From: Candidatus Heimdallarchaeota archaeon | Lineage (GTDB): Archaea; Asgardarchaeota; Heimdallarchaeia; Hodarchaeales; Hodarchaeaceae | NCBI GenBank assembly: GCA_020353515.1 | Contig: CP070695.1 | Span: forward strand, 3,646,277 to 3,710,276 | Length of the DNA: 64,000 nt | Direction: 5' to 3' | Shown here: one piece after another, positions 47,537 through 57,700 of the stretch | How the letters are laid out: each line of letters opens with the position of its first letter | Position numbering within the stretch: the stretch's first letter is position 1 | The notes under the pieces: model-generated | Told to the model about the DNA's origin: nothing | Seen by the model: the letters and a program-made list of their open reading frames with translations, nothing else | Databases searched by the model: none | Position numbers and translations under genes: made by a program

Positions 47537-49840
47537 ATGGTAGATATAAAATCCTTATTATCGCAATTAACTTTAGAAGAAAAAGCAGCTTTCTGCACTG
47601 GTTCAGGACCTTGGCAAACAATCGATGTGGAGCGACTAGGAATTCCCAGAATTACAATGAGCGATGGCCCTCACGGTGTACGAAAAGTTCAAAACATAGA
47701 GGAATTTGGTTTAGCAAAAAGTTTTCCTGCAACGTGTTTTCCTCCCGCCGTGCTTTTAGCATCGACATGGAATAAAGATCTAGTTCAAAGAGTGGGTGAG
47801 TTTTTAGGAGACGAATGTATTTCTCTCGATGTCGATATATTACTGGGGCCAGGTGTCAATATAAAGAGAACCCCCTTATGTGGTCGAAATTTTGAATATT
47901 ATTCCGAGGACCCCTATTTAGCTGGAGAAATGGGTACAGCTTTCGTAAAAGGTGTTCAAAGTAAGGGAGTGGGTACCTCGTTAAAGCATTATTCTGCAAA
48001 TAATCAAGAATATCAAAGATTCATTATTAGTGCAGAAATTGATGAACGTACGTTAAGAGAAATCTACTTACCAGCTTTCGAGAAGACTGTGAAAGAGTCA
48101 CAACCCTGGACTGTTATGTGTGCTTATAACAAAATAAATGGGATTTTCGCCTCGGAGCATTATGATCTTTTAACTAGAATAATGAAATCAGAATGGAATT
48201 TAGATGGGTTTATTGTTTCTGATTGGGGAGCCGTCCAAAATCGTGTTGCTGCACTCAAAGGAGGACTCGATCTTCAAATGCCTGGTCCCAACGATTTGGA
48301 TGTCCAAAAGGTTGTTGAGGCTGTCAAGAATAATGAACTTGATGAAAATGTCTTGAATCAAGCTGTAGAACGGATTTTGAAGATTATTTTTCGAGCTAAA
48401 AAAACAAAAAAAGCGCATATTGAATTCGATAAGGAAAAGCATCATGAATTCGCTCGTAAAGTAGCAGCAGAAGGTATTATTTTACTAAAGAATGAAGATA
48501 ATGTTTTACCGATAAAAGATGCTTCTTCAATTGCAATAATTGGAAAGATGGCAAAGGAACCTCGTTTCCAAGGCGGAGGTAGTTCTTTAATCAATCCTAC
48601 AAAAGTCGATAATCCTTTTCAAGAGATTAAAAAGTTAGGAGGAGAAAGTATTCTTGTTAGATATGCCGATGGTTACGCAAAAGAAGGCATAGATAAAACA
48701 TTAATAGATGAAGCATGTGATGTCGCCAAACAATCCGACATTGTCATTATATTTTCAGGCTTACCCTTCGAGCATGAATCAGAGGGATACGATCGAAAAA
48801 CCATTAAAATGCCTGAAAGTCATATTGAGCTCATAAAAGCTGTAGCAAAGTCCAATACTAAGACAATAGTAGTTTTGAATAATGGTTCTGTTATTAGTCT
48901 ATATGAATGGATTGATAGTGTTCCAGTAGTTATTGAAGCTTATTTAGGAGGACAAGCGGGTGGAGGAGCAGTAGCAGATGTTTTGTTTGGTAAAGAAAAT
49001 CCATCGGGGAAATTAGCTGAATCTTTTCCTAAAAGATTAGAACATACTCCTTCCTATATTAATTATCCTGGAGAGGCTGGAAAAGTAAGATACGGGGAGG
49101 GCCTCTATGTTGGGTATAGATACTATGATAAAAAATCAATCGAACCGATTTTTCCATTTGGATATGGATTAAGCTATACTACATTTGCTTACTCAAATTT
49201 AACAATTTCCAGCAAATCTTTCAAAGACATAGATGGTGTTGATGTTAATGTGGATATAACTAATACAGGGAAAGTTCCAGGAAAAGAAGTTGTACAATTA
49301 TACATTCACCAGCCCAATCCTAAAGCCGATAAACCAAACAAAGAGATGAAAGGATTTAGTAAAGTTGAACTACAGCCCAATGAAACAAAAACTGTTGCTT
49401 TCCACTTAGATTCTCGTTCTTTTGCCTATTATAGTGTTATTCACAAATCATGGGTTTGGGATAATGGAGAATATGAGATTCTCGTTGGAGCATCATCAAA
49501 GGATATTCGATTAAGAACTAAGGTGATTTTGGAGTCAACTCAAAATTTACCTTGCAAATTGAATATGGATTCAACATTGCGTGATTGGCTTGATGATCCA
49601 AACGGAAAATTCATTATAGACGAAATGATTGCTCAGCGTATTAATCAAGTAAAAATGCAGAATCCAGATATGGAAGTTGATGAAAACCAAGTAAAACAAG
49701 AACTTCTTATGTGGGCGATTGATATGCCTTTGTTAAGAATGTTCAAGTATGTTGAAAACCAGCTTCCAATGTCGGCTGAAGATCTTGTTAAATACTTCTT
49801 AACCCGAGTAGGAGTTAATAATGAAGAAAACGCGTCTTAA
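47537..49840 (+). CDS. GH3 beta-glucosidase (BglB-type) with Fn3-like domain
   Basis: SDGPHGVRK, ATCFP, GPGVNIKRTPLCGRNFEYYSEDP, KHY, VSDWG, QGGGSS, ESEGYDR and YVGYRYYD. Confidence 0.93.
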   Translation: MVDIKSLLSQLTLEEKAAFCTGSGPWQTIDVERLGIPRITMSDGPHGVRKVQNIEEFGLAKSFPATCFPPAVLLASTWNKDLVQRVGEFLGDECISLDVDILLGPGVNIKRTPLCGRNFEYYSEDPYLAGEMGTAFVKGVQSKGVGTSLKHYSANNQEYQRFIISAEIDERTLREIYLPAFEKTVKESQPWTVMCAYNKINGIFASEHYDLLTRIMKSEWNLDGFIVSDWGAVQNRVAALKGGLDLQMPGPNDLDVQKVVEAVKNNELDENVLNQAVERILKIIFRAKKTKKAHIEFDKEKHHEFARKVAAEGIILLKNEDNVLPIKDASSIAIIGKMAKEPRFQGGGSSLINPTKVDNPFQEIKKLGGESILVRYADGYAKEGIDKTLIDEACDVAKQSDIVIIFSGLPFEHESEGYDRKTIKMPESHIELIKAVAKSNTKTIVVLNNGSVISLYEWIDSVPVVIEAYLGGQAGGGAVADVLFGKENPSGKLAESFPKRLEHTPSYINYPGEAGKVRYGEGLYVGYRYYDKKSIEPIFPFGYGLSYTTFAYSNLTISSKSFKDIDGVDVNVDITNTGKVPGKEVVQLYIHQPNPKADKPNKEMKGFSKVELQPNETKTVAFHLDSRSFAYYSVIHKSWVWDNGEYEILVGASSKDIRLRTKVILESTQNLPCKLNMDSTLRDWLDDPNGKFIIDEMIAQRINQVKMQNPDMEVDENQVKQELLMWAIDMPLLRMFKYVENQLPMSAEDLVKYFLTRVGVNNEENAS

Positions 49841-49904
49841 TCGAATAACAGTCACATGATTCCTTATCAATTACAAAAGAAAAGACCAAATAGAAAGAGG
49901 AGTT

Positions 49905-50888
49905 TCACCATGGAGGATGGTAAATTCCGTGGATGTCAGGTTTATTATTGAGAATCTCCTCTATCTGATTTAAAGTCTTATCACTGAGCTTTAATCCTGA
50001 TGCTTGGGTGTTAGATGTAATATGTTGAGGTTTGGTTGCACCTGTGATTGCACAACTTATTTCTTCATGTCTCAAGATCCAAGCAAGTGCTAATTGAGAC
50101 ATCTGCACATTTAATTCATCAGCAATAGGTTGAAGTTGTTTTACTTTTTCTATATTTGCAGGATTCAAATCCCATTTAAGCCAATCAGTTGAAGCTCCTC
50201 TACTCTCCGTTGGAATACCCTCATTATACTTCCCTGTCAATACTCCTTGACATAAAGGAGAAAAACAGACAATACCCATACCATTACGTTTACAGGTCTC
50301 CATTACACCATGAGGCATTTCAATGTATCGATTCAACATATGATACTGAGGCTGTTCTACAACTGGAGGATGACACCCAAGAGTTTTTGCCATCCAGAAA
50401 GCTCTCTCTAATTGCACTGCTGTCCACACGGAGGTTCCCCAATAATGGACAAGCCCCCTATCAACGAGATCAGACATTGCTTGTACAGTTTCTTCCAGAG
50501 GAGTGTATCTATCATATCTGTGGCAGAAATAAATATCTAAATAGTCTGTATTTAGACGCTTTAGGGTATCATCAATTGATTCCAAGATATGTTTTCGACT
50601 CAGACCTCTATCATTAACTCCTTTAGACATGGGCCAGAAGACTTTGCTACTTATCACTAGGTCTTTTCTATTGTAATTCTCTTCCTGAATCAGCTCTCCT
50701 ATCACTTTTTCTGCATTTCCTCCACTATAGACATCAGCAAGATCTATGAAATTTATGCCAAGGTCAATGGCTTTACTTACACATTCTCTAGTAGAATCCG
50801 TATCTTGAGATCCTCCATAAGTTAACCAAGCCCCCAAGCTTATCTCACTTATTTTTAACCCTGTTTTCCCTACATGACGATATTCCAT
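49905..50888 (-). CDS. Aldo/keto reductase (Kv-beta-like subfamily)
   Basis: MEYR.VG.TGLKISEISLG.W, D.ADVY, SSKVFW, GLSRKHI, YFCHR and EQPQY. Confidence 0.9.
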   Translation of the reverse strand: MEYRHVGKTGLKISEISLGAWLTYGGSQDTDSTRECVSKAIDLGINFIDLADVYSGGNAEKVIGELIQEENYNRKDLVISSKVFWPMSKGVNDRGLSRKHILESIDDTLKRLNTDYLDIYFCHRYDRYTPLEETVQAMSDLVDRGLVHYWGTSVWTAVQLERAFWMAKTLGCHPPVVEQPQYHMLNRYIEMPHGVMETCKRNGMGIVCFSPLCQGVLTGKYNEGIPTESRGASTDWLKWDLNPANIEKVKQLQPIADELNVQMSQLALAWILRHEEISCAITGATKPQHITSNTQASGLKLSDKTLNQIEEILNNKPDIHGIYHPPW

Positions 50889-50927
50889 TTATTTCACCTT
50901 TTAAAACTAATAATTCTAATAAAAAGA

Positions 50928-52265
50928 TTAAGATTTTGTATATGTTTTAACGATATCTATGATTCCATGCCACTGCTCACAGTTCTCAAAGAGAAAAGAC
51001 TCTGGATATGTGAGTAATTCTCTAACTGGAATTTTATTCAATGTATCTTTGTAGCGATTACATAAAACTAGTTGATTGTTGGCTAATAAGCGGAAGTTGA
51101 GCTTCCGTTGAAGATTGTTGGGTAAATGGGTTAAATTCATATTTTTCAAGACTTCATTCGAAACTAAATATTTCTGGAACTCCTCACTGAATTTCCAATC
51201 TCCCGAGGCTGAAACTGAAAATTTCATCCATGGAGAGTCAGTTTTTGGATGGAGGCATCCCATACTTCTAGCATCTTTGAAGGTCCAAATAGACCAAGAT
51301 ACGCCATGTTTTTCGAAAACTGCAATCGTGTCTCGCAATACTGATTCGTGAAATTTGCTATTGCCTCTTCTTAAGGAAATTCCAGTTTCACCACACCATA
51401 AAGGACGTTGCAATTCATTTTTGACATAATCTATTTCACCATCTCCAAAAATCGCATTCTGAATTTTATCAAACCGTAGTTGAGGATTTATTTCAACGTA
51501 ATCGCCAAAAATTGAGGGATAAAAATGAAATGAATAGGCAATGTTTGGATCTTCATAAGGAGTGAAATCTGTAAAGAAGTGCCCATAAAAATCTCCTTCA
51601 ATGAAAAAAATATGATTTTTGTCCACTTTTCGTAAATTTCTTACTAAATTGTGATAAAATTCATCAACTATCTCCCCCCTTGGTTCATAATAGCAGGGCT
51701 CGTTCATTAAATCATATGCAGCGACCCATGGATTATTACAATAGTGTTGAGCTATATATTTCCATAATTCAATGACACGGTTCTGGAAGTCTGGATGTTC
51801 CCAAAATAGAGCTTCACCTATTGCATTATCTGAGTGCCAATCAGGATTTTGTCCTCCTGGTGCAGCGTGAAGATCAAGAATCGCATAGATTTTATATTTT
51901 TCACACAATTTTAGGATTCGATCTATCTGGTTAAAGCCATTTGGATTATAAGAATAAGGTTGCAAGTCAGATTCAAAAAGCCGATAATTAAATGAAATTC
52001 TAATGGAATTAACACCAATTTCACTAAGAAATTGAAAGTCTGCTTCTTTGATGTAACAATTGTAATATTTTTCCCAGAATTCACTGGCTTTTTTTGATCC
52101 ATAAGCTTTTTCGAGGGCTCGCCTTAATTGAGATTCAGAGCCAGGAAGACCAATCATAAAGTGCTCTATGTTTAACCAGTTTCCAATACCAAATCCTCTA
52201 AATATGATTTCATTTCCATTTACAAGAAATTTTGATCCATCTACTTTAACATAGGGAGAATTCAC
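50928..52265 (-). CDS. Cytoplasmic GH5 glycoside hydrolase
   Basis: G.GNWLN.E.FM, ILDLHAAPGGQNPDWHSD, YDLMNEP, FHFY and WCGETG. Confidence 0.87.
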   Translation of the reverse strand: MNSPYVKVDGSKFLVNGNEIIFRGFGIGNWLNIEHFMIGLPGSESQLRRALEKAYGSKKASEFWEKYYNCYIKEADFQFLSEIGVNSIRISFNYRLFESDLQPYSYNPNGFNQIDRILKLCEKYKIYAILDLHAAPGGQNPDWHSDNAIGEALFWEHPDFQNRVIELWKYIAQHYCNNPWVAAYDLMNEPCYYEPRGEIVDEFYHNLVRNLRKVDKNHIFFIEGDFYGHFFTDFTPYEDPNIAYSFHFYPSIFGDYVEINPQLRFDKIQNAIFGDGEIDYVKNELQRPLWCGETGISLRRGNSKFHESVLRDTIAVFEKHGVSWSIWTFKDARSMGCLHPKTDSPWMKFSVSASGDWKFSEEFQKYLVSNEVLKNMNLTHLPNNLQRKLNFRLLANNQLVLCNRYKDTLNKIPVRELLTYPESFLFENCEQWHGIIDIVKTYTKS

Positions 52266-52334
52266 TATTTAAACACCTCTTTCAGCCTATTTTCAAAGGA
52301 AATTTAATATATTTTATTCAAATTTGAAAAAAAG

Positions 52335-53038
52335 ATGAGTGGTAAAATCATTATCATTACAGGTGCAAACAGAGGTATGGGTAAAGCAATGACCCAAAAA
52401 CTCGCTGAAATGGGAGCTACAGTCTATATGATATGTAGGGATAAGGAAAGTGGTTCTACTGTAGAAAATGAATTTAAAGATAAGAATTTAAGTGTCACGT
52501 TGAAGATTACTGACTTAGAAAACGTAGAAGACATTAACAATCTTGTTCAGGAAATAACTAAAGAACAAAACCACATTGATGTCCTTATTAATAATGGAGC
52601 TGTAAACTTAGAAAAAGCTACAACACGTATTGAAAACATTCCTTTAGAGATTCTTGAACAGACAATGAATATAAATTTCAGAGGAACTCTGTTAATATCC
52701 CAAAAATTTGTACCTCTTTTAAAAAAATCCACATCGGGAAGAATCATTAATTTTTCTTCAGGATTAGGACAGTTGACAGAATGGGTTATTATCCTGCTTA
52801 TAGTATCTCTAAAACCGCTGTAAATGCAATAACGAAGAACTTAGCAAACGAGCTTAAAGATACAAGTGTTATGGTTTTTTCTATGGATCCAGGATGGGTA
52901 AAAACAAATTTAAGAGGACCAGATGCACCTTTATCTATTGAAGAAGGAATTGAGACTCCAATATTTTTAGCTACAGAACCAGCAAGTAACTTAAAATCAG
53001 GAGAGTTTTATAAAGAGAAAAAAATTCTTGGGTGGTAA
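52335..53038 (+). pseudogene. Short-chain dehydrogenase (carbonyl-reductase-like) split by a 1-nt frameshift near 52780
   Basis: Frame 1 has TGANRGMG, NNG and SSGLG. Frame 2 (52781-53038) has the catalytic YSISK and PGWVKT. The junction ACA GAA TGG overlaps ATG GGT. Confidence 0.8.
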
Positions 53039-53095
53039 TTTTTTTCAAACGCCCAGGAATCTTTGAAGTAGAAAAAATGTATCACCATGTCTTAG

Positions 53096-53938
53096 GTGTT
53101 ATTATCAATGGAAAATGATATTGAATTAGAGTTTGTAACTGATTATCATTGTATAGTTAATACCAATAACATACGTTCTGGAAATATTGGGGCTATTTTA
53201 TTACATAATTTTGCATGTATTATAGATACGACCACATACTTAATCACAGCAAAAAAATTTCGGGAAAAGATTGAAAAAAAATTCAAATTACCTATCAAAT
53301 TCTTAATCTATACTCACTATCATGGTGATCATATCTTTGGGGCATCAGCGTTTAGAGATCTGGCAATTATAAGCTCTAAACAGACTTTAAGAAATTTAAC
53401 AAGTGTAGAAACTTTGAAATCGATAGAGGAATGGAAAAACAATTTAATAAAGGAAGATTCATTTGCAAAAGGCATTGAAATCGTCCTTCCATCAATCTGT
53501 TTTTTAGATAAATTACTTATAAAAGATGAAGGCCTTGAGATAGAGATCAACCATTGCGGAGGACACACCTCTGGATCGACGTATGTTTATTTTCCAAAAG
53601 AAAAGGTAATTTATACTGGAGATCTTATTTTTGAAGATATTTATCCTTATGCAGGGGATCCAACATGTAATCCTGATGTTTGGATTACACAACTAGAAAA
53701 AATTCAAAATATGGATATAGAAAAGATCGTGCCTGGCCACGGGCCAATTTTAGAAAAAAGAGAATTAAACAAACATATTATCTTTTTTAAATCTTTAAGA
53801 GCACTGGTCAGAGAGGCTATTAGAAAAAATTTACCAATAGACACTATGATCCCTCCTGATTTTTTTGAATTTGAAGCAGATATATGGAAACCGATTGCAG
53901 TTGAATATTGGTACAATTTCTATAGAAGACAAAAATAA
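53096..53938 (+). CDS. MBL-fold metallo-hydrolase (cyclase-like)
   Basis: THYHGDH, GGHT, TGDL and VPGHG. Confidence 0.88.
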   Translation: MLLSMENDIELEFVTDYHCIVNTNNIRSGNIGAILLHNFACIIDTTTYLITAKKFREKIEKKFKLPIKFLIYTHYHGDHIFGASAFRDLAIISSKQTLRNLTSVETLKSIEEWKNNLIKEDSFAKGIEIVLPSICFLDKLLIKDEGLEIEINHCGGHTSGSTYVYFPKEKVIYTGDLIFEDIYPYAGDPTCNPDVWITQLEKIQNMDIEKIVPGHGPILEKRELNKHIIFFKSLRALVREAIRKNLPIDTMIPPDFFEFEADIWKPIAVEYWYNFYRRQK

Positions 53939-53969
53939 AATGGAAAAAAAAAGAACTACTTTTCGATTT

Positions 53970-54707
53970 TCATTTTGGTAGTCCTAGATATTCTAAAGTC
54001 TCTTTCATCCATTGAGTGAAGGTGATTTTATTTTTAATGATTTTATCGACTTGACTTTTATATTCTTTCGCGGCTGCCTCTGTTGGGATTATTAGAAAGG
54101 AATCTTTATTTTCAATAGCCTGTATACAGATCATAGGATTCTCTAATCCTGAAGCAGTGTCAGCAGTTGCTAGTTCAAGCTCTAAAAGGAATATAAAGTC
54201 CTTAGCTTTCACATCATCAAAATCATATCTCGCCATATTTTCGTCAGGAGATAAATCGAGTAATACTCTACTCCATTCTGATATCCAATACTCATCAGTG
54301 AACCAGTGCTCAAGAAACTCCTTTTTACGAGCACGAAGCTCGCTAAGTACAACCATATTTCGTATCATGCCCTCACGTACTGATTTCATTAGTTTAAGAC
54401 CTGAATCGGTGAAAAGCTGAGGAAATTTTGCACGTTCATGGCTTAAGAGAACCATAATTCTTACAATTTCTTCCAACTCTTTGTCAGAAGGAATGGGTAC
54501 AAAATTAGAGACCTTCTTCAGCCATTCTATAGTTTGAGTGACATCAGATTGACTTACTGGTGATCTTTGTTCAGAGGCTAATTTTTGTTTTATCCAATTT
54601 CTATTTTTCAACTGAAGTTCCATTCTTTTACTTTCAGTTACCCCACGACGTCTCCTCCACTCTCCAATGTCTATCCTTGCTCGAAAAGTCTCCATTGTAT
54701 TAATCAC
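53970..54707 (-). CDS. Hypothetical protein
   Basis: 245-aa ORF with an AGGTGA motif at the start region; no family recognised. Confidence 0.65.
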   Translation of the reverse strand: MINTMETFRARIDIGEWRRRRGVTESKRMELQLKNRNWIKQKLASEQRSPVSQSDVTQTIEWLKKVSNFVPIPSDKELEEIVRIMVLLSHERAKFPQLFTDSGLKLMKSVREGMIRNMVVLSELRARKKEFLEHWFTDEYWISEWSRVLLDLSPDENMARYDFDDVKAKDFIFLLELELATADTASGLENPMICIQAIENKDSFLIIPTEAAAKEYKSQVDKIIKNKITFTQWMKETLEYLGLPK

Positions 54708-54798
54708 CTTGCCTATGACTGAATCATCTCGAAATTTATTAAGCTTATTTGAGTTGTTGCACTAAGTATTTTCAATTGACAATGGTATTTTATTCAAA

Positions 54799-57700
54799 TC
54801 ATCCTAAGAGAATGGAAATTGAGTTTATTTTACCAGTCCTTATCATTGAGGCATATGGGGCTCTGATCTTACTCCCCTTGAGATTAACAATTTCTCCCCC
54901 TTTAATTTCAAGCTTGATCTCTTTAACTTTTGTCCCATTATTAAAAGTATTTAATTTCTGTGGATTTTGGTAGGTCACAACGCAATTTCCTAGGAAATTA
55001 AAGGTTACAGAACCATTTTCATCAAATAACCAGTTTGGTAGAATTGGTTTGAATTCTAAGCATAATTGGTTATTTTCCAAAAAAAAGGGGTTATTTCCTA
55101 CCATCATCAGAAGCCAAATATTCAGGAATTCAGCTGTTGCCCCACTTAATCTTGCATAGAACCCTGTGCCATGGAGAGTTTCATCAATGAAAGCGCTACT
55201 AACAATAAACGACGAATTTTCAGTCAAATTTCTTCCATATACTTCTACATCCTGAAAAGGAATGAGTACATTTTTGAAATCATCAAAAAATTCATTGTAA
55301 AGCCCTTTTTTAAGTAATTCAATCAAGAATTTGTACTCCATGTGAAGCCAGATTGATTCATTTTCTAACCAACCTGGAGTGAAAGCTTTAGCTCTCCCAA
55401 TATCGACAGGTTGTTTTTCAAGTGATTCGTTCAATTTATACATCTTTAACTTCTGGTCAAAAAGGTTACTGTCCCTTACTTGCCTCCATATTTTTCTTGC
55501 ACTTTCTTCATCAGATTGAACCTTCAAGGCTTTTACAAAACCCTCCAAAAACAATGGAAGTAAAATTGGTTTGAATTGTCTAACTTTTACATTAGGGTAT
55601 CCATTTTTATTAGTTTTAACATTTCCCTGTTCATCATAAAGCATTTGAAAGTTTTCTATTTCGTAATAAAAGTACGTTGGGATTCTATTATTGTTTAATT
55701 CAAAAGCAAGAGATAAACCCTCTTCGATTTTAATTAAAAACCTCTTTAATATGCTTTTTACTTCTGGAATTGCAATTTCTCTTTCCTCACCCATGAGTCC
55801 TAATTTGATTCTCTTTCTAAAGCGTTCTCTTTCTGTTGACACCAAATCCCAATAGTGATATTGCTTATTTTTTACTCTTGAAGAAAAATAATCATCTAAA
55901 TGTCTCAATACTGCCCAGAGAAAATCATAAATTTCCACTGGGAGTTTAATAGATTTGTGTGCGTGATTCTCTAAAGAGTTAGACATAAATTTAATGAATC
56001 TTTGGAGTTCGTAAGTTTCAGGTATCGAAGAGCCAAAAATTCCTGGCAATCCATTTAGAGCGTCATACCAGCCTGGCTTATCCGCTTCCATCTCAATTCC
56101 CATCCCATAAGGATCTAAAGTAGAAAATTTAATCAGGACTAGACAAAAGAGCTTTGAAAACAGACTAGTTTTATAAATGGAGCCAGACCCATTTTCTATT
56201 CTTACTGAATTCGGAAATCTGTCTCTAGAGTTTATTTGCTCCTCTTTTTGTCTATCTATTACAACAGAATCTATTTGCCTTACTTTTCCTTCAATTAATA
56301 CATATTTGTCTTCTCTTGGCTGAGCCATGGCCAAACTGTCATAAAAAGAGAAAATTATCATCTCAAAAAGCAATTTATCCTTTTTATCTGGATAGATTGA
56401 AATATAATCTTCAATAAGATCCAGATTATATGTCCAGTGATCTACCCAATAGCCTTCTCCATGTACGGCTTCAAATATCTGATCTGAATGTTTTAGAACC
56501 TTATTAAGAAAATCTGAAAGAGATAACTGTATATCGATTTTATGTTCCAGTAAATACCTGACTAATTTACCTGGAGTGAAAGGTTGGTTAAAGAAATCTT
56601 CAACTTTAATTTTATCACTCGTAAGATCTAGTATTTGAGGTAGATATTCTGCTTTTACATGAAAACTCGAACCCTGAAGGACCAATGGATTATACCCATC
56701 TAGTTGAATTAAATTCATGAATGTGAGGATATTGAAATGTTGAATGTTAGGGTGTATATGTACATCACATCTACGATTTTGATTTACATCTCGGTAATTT
56801 CCATTCCCTTGTGAGAAGAAATTATCGTCTAAATAGAACCAATTGTAATCTCGTTCTAGATCCCCGTGTTTTCTAAAGTATAAGTGAAATACAACAGGTG
56901 TATTTGTTCTATCTACAATCTTAGGAATTCCTCCCCGTAAAACGTTGTCCAGATAATTTTGTTGACAATAGAGGTCGAATAATTTTAAGGATGTTTTTGT
57001 TTTAACTTTCTTGGTTATTGATGTTATTATTTCCCTATTTTCATCTTTTTTTTCTTTGATATATTGCTTATTTACAATTTTTTGTTTTTGGTTATTCAAC
57101 CTATTTACATCATTCACTTGTCCAATAATAGAAAAGATTTCTACTTTATCTTTTGGTTCTAGATTAAGCTCAGCACCAAAAAAGCCACAGGGAATCTTAT
57201 TAGCAGTGATTTGTCGCCTTTTAAGTAAATCTCCAATAGTATACTTTAAAAAGCCATCAGGATGAGAAAAGGATGTATTTTTACCAAAAATTATCTCTGG
57301 ATCAACAATAGGCTCTAAAACTCTTGGAGATTCCTTTTCTTGTAAAAATGACAGATAAAAATGTCCTGTTTGTACTTTCTCAACCTTGGTTTCGTCTCCA
57401 ATCCTCGAACTAACTTTATAGAAGGGAATTTTTTCATTCATGTTTGTGATTTCAATCCACCCAATCCCAGTGTAACTCATATTCTTCAGAACTTGATGAT
57501 TGAATCCGAAAGGAATTACAATTGGTAATCCGTCAAGTAATTCCATTTTTATGGGAGCTGATGAAACGTTCTCTATTGTTAATATCCGAATTAATCCACC
57601 AAAATCTTCGTTTGGTATAGTAAAATAAGATACATTGATTTTCAGGTTGTGGTATTTGGAAATCTCCTCAATTTCTAAATCATAATAACTTATCATCATT

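Noticed and set aside
49905-50888. Kv-beta-like AKR as a eukaryotic signature protein
   Set aside because: This AKR subfamily is common in bacteria and archaea, and no channel gene is adjacent.
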